Origin: Candidatus Fraserbacteria bacterium
Lineage (GTDB): Bacteria; Bipolaricaulota; Bipolaricaulia; RBG-16-55-9
Assembly (NCBI GenBank): GCA_037442925.1
Contig: JBBIPG010000015.1
Location: forward strand, 1 to 44,292
Direction: 5' to 3'
DNA length: 44,292 nt
Shown: positions 10,781 to 19,048 of the stretch, one piece after another
Position numbering within the stretch: the first letter of the stretch is position 1
Layout of the letters: each line of letters starts with the position of its first letter
Translations under genes and position numbers: made by a program
The notes under the pieces: model-generated
What the model was told of the DNA's origin: nothing
What the model saw: the letters and a program-made list of their open reading frames with translations, nothing else
Databases searched by the model: none

Positions 10781-12778
10781 ATGCGTATTGCCCGATTCGG
10801 TGTACTCGGTATGCTTCTACTGTGGGTGGCGTATTCGGTTCTGCCTGCTTCGGCTAGTCTGAGCCAATCCCCCTTTCTCTTTCTTAAAGATCTGCGGGTT
10901 GGCATGGAGGGGATCGGTAAGACGGCCATCGGGGGAGACCAGATACGAATCTTCCAGATTCGCATCATTGGCATCTTCGACAACCCGGGGGAACTCAACG
11001 ATTATATTCTCGTCCGCTCCAGCGGCGACCTCATCCGTGAGGCAGGCGGCTACGCCCAAGGGATGAGCGGCAGCCCCATTTACATCAACGAGCGCCTGGT
11101 TGGCGCGTTCTTTGCGGCCTTCTTGTTTGATGACAGCCCCAATCCCATCGGCTACGTGCGCCCGATTGAAACCATGCTCAAGCTTATAGATCCCATCCGG
11201 CGTACCGTGCAAGATCAAAGCCGACTGCATCGCACCCCCGCACCCCGCCCTCATGAGCTAGAGGGGCTTCCCGGCAAAGTCCGGCTGGAAGACGGCAAGC
11301 TCCGAGATGTGGTGTTTGTATCTTACCCACCCAGCCTCGATGAGCGCCGTGCACACCCCGATATGGTGTATGCGGTCCCCACCGCAACTCCGCTCTGGGT
11401 GAGCGGCTTGAACGGTCGCGCACTGGAGGTGCTCAAGTCAGGTATATCACCTCAGGTCTTGCAGAGATATTCCGCAAGCCTGCTGCCGGTTTCATCGCTG
11501 CTTTCGGCTGAATTCCTTGACGTGCTTCAGACGGGCTTTGAGGAGCGCTACGGGACGACGATCTACCCCATGGCTGCGACGACCGCTCAACCGGGAGAAT
11601 TCACGGCAGAACTCGAGCCAGGGCGTCCGGTCGCGGCATTGCTTTCCAATGGAGATATGCTCTTTGGTGGGTTCTGCACCACCACCTACATCGACCCACA
11701 GACGCATGTGCTCTTGGCCTGTGGCCACCAGTTTTACCTCACAGGAGAATCGAGCATGTTCCTGGCGAAAGGCCGCTACGTGGACGTTTCTGCGAACGCT
11801 CAGATCTCCTTCGTCATCCCCGAAGTCGATCGGACTCAAGTCATCGGGACGGTCCTGCAAGACCGCTTGCAGGCCATCGGAGCGGCTTTGGATTACGCGG
11901 CCCCGACCGTGCGACTTGTCGTTCATCTCAAGGACGATACCACAGGCACAGTACAGGACTTCACGATCAACCTGTCGAAGACGGGCAACTTCGTGCCGTC
12001 ATTGGTATTTGCCTCGCTTCTGAACGCCACAGACACGACCCTGAACCGCATCGGACAGGGCACGATGAGAATCGAATACACCATCCGCGGCACGGAGATG
12101 CCCAAGAAGCTGCAACGATCGGACGTGTTCACCAATTTCAATGACATCGCCTACTTTGGACCTCTCCAAGTGGCTCAAGTGGTCTTTCTGCTCATGCAGA
12201 ACGAGTTCGTCGATCCGGGCGTGGATCGAATCGATGTGGATATTACGACGAACGAGTCGATCCGTCTGCTCCAAGTGAAATCCATCAAGACAGACAAAGA
12301 AAGCTATCAACCGGGAGAGACCGTCAACTACACGGTGGAGCTTCGGCCCTATCGCGGTGAGGGGCAGACAGCGACCGGCAGCTTCAAACTCCCTGAGGAT
12401 CTGACGGTGAGGAGCTTGACATTGTACGTCTTCGGCGGGCCGCGTCGCCAGAGGAACGACCAAGGCCAGACCGTAACGTACGATGATCTAACCCAACTCA
12501 TTGACGCCCTGGAGCAGTCCACCACGAACGATCAACTCACGGTGGAGCTACTGGGTCTGCCTCCAAAGAATAGTGATGAGCAAGAGTCAGGAGCAGCAGC
12601 CGACGAAGAGGATCAGCCCTTCCAAGACGTTCAGAAGCTGGGCGATTGGGTATTGACCGGCGAGGGTCGAGCGACGATCCAGATCCAGCTTCCGGAAAAC
12701 CCCAAGCCCGAGGAACCCAAAGACGAGCAACCGAACGAGAAGCCAGAGAAGAACTGTTCGGAGCTTTTCTATTGCTAG
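10781..12778 (+). CDS. Secreted SpoIVB-like (peptidase S55) serine protease
   Basis: Signal peptide, G.GKT, GGYAQGMSGSPIY...LVGA motif, later ACGH; acidic Pro-rich C-terminal tail. GAGGAGG RBS. Confidence 0.82.
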   Translation: MRIARFGVLGMLLLWVAYSVLPASASLSQSPFLFLKDLRVGMEGIGKTAIGGDQIRIFQIRIIGIFDNPGELNDYILVRSSGDLIREAGGYAQGMSGSPIYINERLVGAFFAAFLFDDSPNPIGYVRPIETMLKLIDPIRRTVQDQSRLHRTPAPRPHELEGLPGKVRLEDGKLRDVVFVSYPPSLDERRAHPDMVYAVPTATPLWVSGLNGRALEVLKSGISPQVLQRYSASLLPVSSLLSAEFLDVLQTGFEERYGTTIYPMAATTAQPGEFTAELEPGRPVAALLSNGDMLFGGFCTTTYIDPQTHVLLACGHQFYLTGESSMFLAKGRYVDVSANAQISFVIPEVDRTQVIGTVLQDRLQAIGAALDYAAPTVRLVVHLKDDTTGTVQDFTINLSKTGNFVPSLVFASLLNATDTTLNRIGQGTMRIEYTIRGTEMPKKLQRSDVFTNFNDIAYFGPLQVAQVVFLLMQNEFVDPGVDRIDVDITTNESIRLLQVKSIKTDKESYQPGETVNYTVELRPYRGEGQTATGSFKLPEDLTVRSLTLYVFGGPRRQRNDQGQTVTYDDLTQLIDALEQSTTNDQLTVELLGLPPKNSDEQESGAAADEEDQPFQDVQKLGDWVLTGEGRATIQIQLPENPKPEEPKDEQPNEKPEKNCSELFYC

Positions 12779-12799
12779 AAGCCACTGGTCATTGAGATC

Positions 12800-14179
12800 G
12801 TGTGGACGGCCGAGCAGATTGCTCAGATCGTAAGAGGGCAACTCCATCAGCCAGATCCTGCATGCAGGATCACAGGATATTCCGTCGATAGCCGGTGCCT
12901 GAAGCCAGGGGAGTTTTTTGTCGCGCTGCCGGGTGTACAGACAGACGGCCACCTCTTCTTGGAGGAAGTTTTCCAGAAGGGAGCAAGTGGAGCGCTGGTC
13001 CGTCACATCCCCGCCACCCTGAAAAGATTCCACAATTGCGTTCAAGTCACTGACACCTTGCAGGCCCTTCAACAACTGGCAATTGTCTATCGCCAGCAGT
13101 TGGAGATTCCCCTTGTCGGGATCACGGGGAGTTCCGGCAAGACCACCACGAAAGAGCTGGCTTATGCTCTCGTGAGTCAGAAATACAGAGCCTACCGGTC
13201 TCCGGGTAACTACAACACGGAGATTGGGCTGCCGGTGGCGCTTCTCAATATGCCTGCTCAGACAGAAGTGGGGATCTTTGAGCTTGCGCTTCAGCGTGCC
13301 GGCGAGCTCCAGACGCTGACTGAGATCGCCCGGCCCACCATGGGCGTTCTCACGTCCATTGGGGACGCCCATTTGGGGTTCTTCAGGGATCGTGAAGAGC
13401 TGGCTCGGGCGAAGTGGGAACTGGTCGAAAGGCTTCCTCCTCAAGGCGTAGCGGTGCTGAACTTCGATGTTCCCTATCTTGTGGAGTGGGCGAGGCGACT
13501 TCCCACGCGCGTTGTGGGCTTTGGCCTGGAGAACCCAAAGGCCCATGTGCGGGCTGAGCGCATCCGCGACGACCGGCTGGATGGACTTGAGTTTGAGGTT
13601 TGCACGCCCATCGGGTCGTTTACTGTGAGAATGCAACTCTTAGGGCAAGCGAATGTCTATAACGTACTGGCGGCTGTAGCTGTAGCATGGGAACTTCGCA
13701 TGGAAGCCGAGCAGATTCAGAAGGCTCTTGCCCAGTTCAAGCCCATCCCTCATCGTATGGAACTCGTGCGATCAGAGCGCTTGGGGCTCATTCTCGATGA
13801 TTCGTATAACGCGAACCCAACTTCTGTGAAAGAAGCCTTACGCACCCTGGCGCGATTACAAGTACCCCATCGAAAGATCTTCGTCTTTGGGGACATGCTC
13901 GAGTTGGGGGATTCCTCAGTGGAACTGCATCGTGAGCTGGCAGATGTGATTGCTGAGCTTGGAATCGAGCGGGTCTTCACGGTGGGAGAGCTGGCGAGAG
14001 AGACGGCACTAGCTTTGCGAAAACGAGAAAATTGGGCTGCGAACAGAGTGATTTCCACAAGCAGCTTGGAGGAACTCAAAGAGGCCCTCCTGTGTGAGCT
14101 GGCTGATGATCAGAATCTGACTCTGGTCAAGGGCTCGCGAGGGATGGGGCTGGATCGGCTCGTGAAGGCGCTCGTATAA
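12800..14179 (+). CDS. murF: UDP-MurNAc-tripeptide--D-Ala-D-Ala ligase
   Basis: DSR, DGH, GITGSSGKTTTKE, GNYNTEIGLP, DDSYNANP, GDMLELG, VKGSRGM. Confidence 0.96.
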   Translation: MWTAEQIAQIVRGQLHQPDPACRITGYSVDSRCLKPGEFFVALPGVQTDGHLFLEEVFQKGASGALVRHIPATLKRFHNCVQVTDTLQALQQLAIVYRQQLEIPLVGITGSSGKTTTKELAYALVSQKYRAYRSPGNYNTEIGLPVALLNMPAQTEVGIFELALQRAGELQTLTEIARPTMGVLTSIGDAHLGFFRDREELARAKWELVERLPPQGVAVLNFDVPYLVEWARRLPTRVVGFGLENPKAHVRAERIRDDRLDGLEFEVCTPIGSFTVRMQLLGQANVYNVLAAVAVAWELRMEAEQIQKALAQFKPIPHRMELVRSERLGLILDDSYNANPTSVKEALRTLARLQVPHRKIFVFGDMLELGDSSVELHRELADVIAELGIERVFTVGELARETALALRKRENWAANRVISTSSLEELKEALLCELADDQNLTLVKGSRGMGLDRLVKALV

Positions 14180-14194
14180 AGCATCGCATTCCCC

Positions 14195-15913
14195 TTACGG
14201 CTTAGGCGAGACCGTGACGAAGGCGATGAGGGCATTGTTGTTGTCGTCGAGTTCTGCCTGCCCCAGGGCATTCACAACCACTTTGATGGCGTAGAGACCG
14301 GGCTCTAAACCCGTGGTATCGAGAATACTCCTGGCCTCGATGGTCTTGCCCAGCCGTAGAGACGAGACCGTCTGGGTAGCAAACGCGGCAAAACCCTGTG
14401 GCTGTGAGACGTCTTCGCGACGGAAAGAGAACTCTACGCGGAACGCACCCGCATCTTGATTGCCCGTATTGGCGATCGTAGCGCTGATCAGCACTTTCTG
14501 ACCCTGAACGACCGGTGAAGCTGGAACAAGCGCAAGCCCTATCGGGTGCAGCTCTGGGCCAACTTGAGGCGTCTCCTTGCCTGGCTCTACCAGCACAAAG
14601 GGGATGACCAAGGTGTTATCTCGCTCATCGGTCTCCACAATTGCCCCTTCCGGTTCTTCCGCCGTCGCGGGATCCACGATCACCCGCAACTCATAGCTGC
14701 CCAGAGCCAAGTCTGTCGCGGCGAACTGCACTAAGACTTCCACCGCTCCGTTAGGGCTGACGGTGAGCGCCGTGCACGTATCTTTGCCGGATTCGAACGA
14801 CCCCACAGGGCCACAAGCAAAGGCTGGCAGATCTCGTAAATCGAAGACCGTACCGGTCTCGGATTGGCTCAGTGAGAACTGCAGTTGGACACCCGTTACA
14901 GCGGCAATGCTCTCATTTCTCACGGTGAAGCCAAGCGAAATCAAGCTGTCTTGTGCCGGTGTCGACGGTGTAAGACGTCCCTGCGAAATCGTCAAGTTTC
15001 GCAGCGGATCTCCCAGGATGAAGTCGACCGTAAGCACGTTGTCGGTCTCATCGGCCTCTGTAATCGCACCGTCGGAGTCCACTGTGACGCGGAGTTGGTA
15101 TTCACCGGGGTCGAGTAGGATCGTGACCAGTTGTGCCCGAATGGTCTTGCGACTATTGGCTCCAAGGGCAGAAATCGTACAATCCGGGCAGCTCAGGGCC
15201 GGAGAGACCAGGAGATTGAACGGGATCTCGCCATGCTTACGCAGCGCCAGACTGACACGGAAGGACGTAATCACCGCCATCGGACGATCGTTTTCGATGG
15301 TGAATTCGAACGTCGAGAGATCCCCCTGCTTGGGCTGAGAAGGCAAGAGTGCCGTCTTGGATAGAATCGTGAGGTTCGGCAATCTCGGCGTGACCGTGAG
15401 GAGCCCTTGCCCGAAGTTGTTGTTCTCATCCGTTTCGGCCACTTTGTTCTCCGAGTCTGCTACCACGATCAGCGTGTATTGGCCCGGCGTAAGCTGGGAT
15501 GTATTGAGCTGAGCTCGGATATCTGACTGATCACCCGGATCTCCGCGGGCAGACAAGCCAAACAGGGTGCAGCGCGATGTGTCCTCGGAATTGGGGGACG
15601 TTACGCAAGTCACTTCATTCGATCCTAAAGAACGCGGCTCTCCTTCTCCGTTCGCCTGAAGTTGAAACAGGATATCAAAGGTAGCCGTCACAGGAACAGT
15701 TTCGGTGTTCGAGATCGTAGCCACGATGGTCACAAGATCGCCCTGCTCAATCGTGACCAAAGCCCCGCGCTCCTTGGGTGACTCCAGCGTAATGGGAGTC
15801 GTCACTTGAATGTCCGGGCGATTCTGCTGCTGGGCGAGACCCACTCCAAAGACCAAGGCCCAGCTGATCGGGAGTGCCACCCACTTCAGCCATCGACTCA
15901 CACGCGCGTTCAT
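14195..15913 (-). CDS. Secreted protein with 4 CARDB-like Ig repeats
   Basis: Signal peptide ending GLA-QQQ. Repeats start at PDI, PNL, RNL and PELHP, and end in GxYxLxVxxDxxxxxxExDExNN-like motifs. Confidence 0.85.
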   Translation of the reverse strand: MNARVSRWLKWVALPISWALVFGVGLAQQQNRPDIQVTTPITLESPKERGALVTIEQGDLVTIVATISNTETVPVTATFDILFQLQANGEGEPRSLGSNEVTCVTSPNSEDTSRCTLFGLSARGDPGDQSDIRAQLNTSQLTPGQYTLIVVADSENKVAETDENNNFGQGLLTVTPRLPNLTILSKTALLPSQPKQGDLSTFEFTIENDRPMAVITSFRVSLALRKHGEIPFNLLVSPALSCPDCTISALGANSRKTIRAQLVTILLDPGEYQLRVTVDSDGAITEADETDNVLTVDFILGDPLRNLTISQGRLTPSTPAQDSLISLGFTVRNESIAAVTGVQLQFSLSQSETGTVFDLRDLPAFACGPVGSFESGKDTCTALTVSPNGAVEVLVQFAATDLALGSYELRVIVDPATAEEPEGAIVETDERDNTLVIPFVLVEPGKETPQVGPELHPIGLALVPASPVVQGQKVLISATIANTGNQDAGAFRVEFSFRREDVSQPQGFAAFATQTVSSLRLGKTIEARSILDTTGLEPGLYAIKVVVNALGQAELDDNNNALIAFVTVSPKP

Positions 15914-15948
15914 ATCAGCCTCCTGACTATCTGGCTGTACTGCGAAGC

Positions 15949-18099
15949 CTAAGGTATAGACGACAGGGGGATGGTGAGCTCAAACAGGCCACTGCCGCCG
16001 CCGTATAAGGCGCTCACACCCTCGAATCCAAAGAAGCCGGTGATCCCATCGAGCACCATGTCCGCTCGAACAGGTCCCAGCGTCGGGCGCGGGTTTGTCA
16101 CACTGGCGCACGTCTTGCTGATCACATATACGTTATTGTCCTCAGAGCCCGCGAAGACCACGCCGCTTCCCGGCAGGTCGCCTTGCCCCCCATCATCCAC
16201 GGCCAGGACATTAATGGCCTGTTGCGTGGGAGCCGAGAAAGGAGTTGGGCAGATGGAAAGACGGCTGTTTAGATCAATGGCGTGTATGGAGCCAACGGCC
16301 GTCCCGGCATAGGCAATCTTATCCTTCTTGTTGACCGCTAGAGCTGTGATCGCTGCCCCTTGGGTCAAAGAGATGGGAGAGCCCCGGTAATCCTGGCCGA
16401 AGATGTTCAAGACGTGCAACGTTCCGTCTTCCAAACCCGCCAAGATCTGGGGAGCCGGTGTGCGACCGAAGAGCAGCCGGTTTGTCGCTAGGGTCCGGAC
16501 TGCTCGACTGGCCGCGAAGAACGTTGTGACTTGGCTCTGATTGCATGAGCCTTCCACGATCTTGAGCACGGTGCCGTTGCTGGCTCCAAAGTACGCATTG
16601 CCCTGAAAGATGAGCACAGAATTGATGGAGCTTCCGATGCGGGAGCACGTCTCAGAGGACGAGATACTGAGATTGCCACTGGAGTCCTTCGTGACTCGAA
16701 CCCGATAGAGGGCGCCGTCCCGTGAGCCAATATAGACCTCTCCGGTGTTGCGCCCGGCCACACGTGGAGCCAATGTCAGCAGGGCTGCTGAGGCGATGGT
16801 GCGCGGCGACGAAGCCATGAGAGTCTCCGGGCTATCGACGTTCACCACAACGATCTGACCATTCGCGAGCCCCACATAAAGCAGTTTGACCTTCTGATCC
16901 AGGGCAAATGACGTGATCTCCGCAGGCAAGCTCAAGGGGGAATTGTTGATCTCCGGACAGACCGATCCCACCTCAATGTTGTCAATATCTGTCTTCTTGA
17001 ATGCATGTAGGCTCACGCGGCCCGCCGTGTCTTTGACTCCGACGTAGATGACAGGCACAAGACGGTTCTCTACCGTACCTACCCCGCGGCCCAACGTGAT
17101 CACGTTACCCGAAAGCTGGCACAGCGGTGGGTTGAGTCCGCCCACTCCCGGCGGTGCCAAGGTGAGTCGGGTGGAAATTTCGTTGTTGCTCTTGTCCATC
17201 TCATCCAGCTCGTTCCCCACGGCATCAAGAGCTTTGACAGTCACACGGAAGGAGTATCGGCCGACTTGAAGATCCGTTGTGTCCAGGGTGTTTGACACTT
17301 CCAAAGCCTGGCCTTGACTGAGCAATGCGGTCTGATCCGAGGTCAAGCGCCGGATGCCATCTGCGGGGAATCCCTCGCTGCTAAATTCAATGCAAGTCGG
17401 GCTCTCCAGACAGTGCTCGAATTTCACTTGAAGCTGCGGGCTCACGGGTTTTCCCGTGTTCTCGATCTCTACCTTGACAGTCAATTGGACTCCTTGAGGC
17501 ACAGGCGAGGGAGGACTGAAGACCAGCGAGGTGGGGTGGAATTCAGGTAGAACAACACCAATCAACAAAAGAGCTTCTTGAGAATCGTCCCCCTGATTGG
17601 ATTGCACTGCGCCCTTGGGATCGACAGCCACCCGAATGATATACCGTCCTACGCTCAAATTGCCTGTGGGGAGCAGTCCGATGGCCAGAGCGGACTCTCC
17701 CGCTCGTAGACTGAAGTTCTTACAAGTGCTCGAGGTTCCCACGAATTGGCAAAGTTCATCTGTTCGAAAGTCGGTCTCGTCCTCTCGACGAATCTTGATG
17801 CTGACATCAAAGTTCGCCACGTCCAAGGATCCATTGTTGCCAATCAGGGCTCGGATGGTGACCGGCGGTCCTGGGAGCTCCAGGAAAAAACCTGTGGGTT
17901 GCAGTTCAATGCTTTGCACGTAGAGATTGGCCGCGCTGGCTTGCCCATACCCCGCGCCCGATCCTGCACCACTGCTCAAAGCCATCACGACCGCAAGGAA
18001 CACAAACAAGACTATCCGGCGCGTGTGGACTCTTGCTCCGGCGCATATCACAGGTCTCACCCCACTTCTTTTCGTTGCTTCTTTTCGCCATGCCATCAT
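15949..18099 (-). CDS. Secreted protein with 2 CARDB-like repeats and a C-terminal beta-propeller-like region
   Basis: Hydrophobic signal segment IVLFVFLAVVMAL. CARDB motifs (PEFHP...EMDKSNNE). Repeated YVGLANG, YIGSRDG, YFGASNG, LAGLEDG, YAGTAVG and FAGSEDN blade-like motifs. Start uncertain (18099 or slightly downstream). Confidence 0.8.
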   Translation of the reverse strand: MMAWRKEATKRSGVRPVICAGARVHTRRIVLFVFLAVVMALSSGAGSGAGYGQASAANLYVQSIELQPTGFFLELPGPPVTIRALIGNNGSLDVANFDVSIKIRREDETDFRTDELCQFVGTSSTCKNFSLRAGESALAIGLLPTGNLSVGRYIIRVAVDPKGAVQSNQGDDSQEALLLIGVVLPEFHPTSLVFSPPSPVPQGVQLTVKVEIENTGKPVSPQLQVKFEHCLESPTCIEFSSEGFPADGIRRLTSDQTALLSQGQALEVSNTLDTTDLQVGRYSFRVTVKALDAVGNELDEMDKSNNEISTRLTLAPPGVGGLNPPLCQLSGNVITLGRGVGTVENRLVPVIYVGVKDTAGRVSLHAFKKTDIDNIEVGSVCPEINNSPLSLPAEITSFALDQKVKLLYVGLANGQIVVVNVDSPETLMASSPRTIASAALLTLAPRVAGRNTGEVYIGSRDGALYRVRVTKDSSGNLSISSSETCSRIGSSINSVLIFQGNAYFGASNGTVLKIVEGSCNQSQVTTFFAASRAVRTLATNRLLFGRTPAPQILAGLEDGTLHVLNIFGQDYRGSPISLTQGAAITALAVNKKDKIAYAGTAVGSIHAIDLNSRLSICPTPFSAPTQQAINVLAVDDGGQGDLPGSGVVFAGSEDNNVYVISKTCASVTNPRPTLGPVRADMVLDGITGFFGFEGVSALYGGGSGLFELTIPLSSIP

Positions 18100-18268
18100 A
18101 CAGCATCTCTTCCGCACCGTCAATTCAGTTCGGAGCCCTTGCCTCCGTACTGGGTGAAACCTTTGGGGGCGTCGCTTGTATGTCTTGTGGTATATGTGGG
18201 TGCGATGTGCCGGTTTTGCTTGCCGGCTTGCATAGCGATATAATCCGAGCCAAAGAAAGGAGAGCGCC

Positions 18269-18889
18269 ATGCGGCGAAGAGTAGTGCTCACAAGCCTGAT
18301 GATCCCGCTCCTCATTGCTGTTGCCGGTATTGGACAGCCCACTGCTCAAGAACAACTGCAACAGCTGTTTCTCACTCAAGAGGAACTGAATGCTCAATCC
18401 AAAGAGCTCGGGTTGGGAGAGGACTGGGTGGTCCGAACCGTTGACCGACTGAATCCCGAGCCGGAAGGAGCCAAGGACAGAACGGCCGTAGCCACATATG
18501 TCAACACCACTACAGAGATCGCCCTCATCGTTGGGCTGATCGACTTTGAGACTCGTGAGCAGGCCGATCGCTTCCTGGCAGCCATTCAGACAGCGAAGCA
18601 GGTGCAGAGCGCGCGGGATCTCCAAGCAGAAGCCCAAACCAACCCGCAACTCTTGCCGGACACCATGAAACAAGAGCTAGACAAGGTCGTATTGCTCCTG
18701 CTCGAGGATGGGCAGCAACAGCTTCTCTTGCAGCGCCTGAACCTCCTGATGTTCTTCCGCACAGGCAGGGACACAGAGAACGCACTACAAGAAGGGCAGC
18801 TGATCCAGATCGCCAATCGCCAACTCAGCAAGATCCTCGAGTTCTGCAACAGCGTCGAAACCAAGCCCGCGTATTGCACGCGTCAGTAA
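18269..18889 (+). CDS. Hypothetical exported protein
   Basis: AAGGAG RBS, signal peptide MRRRVVLTSLMIPLLIAVAG, Gln/Leu-rich, C-terminal Cys pair. Confidence 0.8.
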   Translation: MRRRVVLTSLMIPLLIAVAGIGQPTAQEQLQQLFLTQEELNAQSKELGLGEDWVVRTVDRLNPEPEGAKDRTAVATYVNTTTEIALIVGLIDFETREQADRFLAAIQTAKQVQSARDLQAEAQTNPQLLPDTMKQELDKVVLLLLEDGQQQLLLQRLNLLMFFRTGRDTENALQEGQLIQIANRQLSKILEFCNSVETKPAYCTRQ

Positions 18890-18956
18890 GAGTGCGAGGG
18901 CCGGGGAGGGGACTGCCCCCGCATTCGGTGTGTTGTTGTATGCGCTAAAGTGGTTA

Positions 18957-18986
18957 TTGACTTCGACAAGGTTCCTCCTTTATAAT
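18957..18986 (+). promoter_or_regulatory. Putative sigma70 promoter for the 943-aa CARDB gene
   Basis: TTGACT-18 nt-TATAAT, upstream of an AGGAGG RBS. Confidence 0.65.
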
Positions 18987-19048
18987 GGCTTTGTCATGTA
19001 GGATCAGGGGGTCTTTAAGCTGATTGCCCAAAATAAAAGGAGGTCCAC

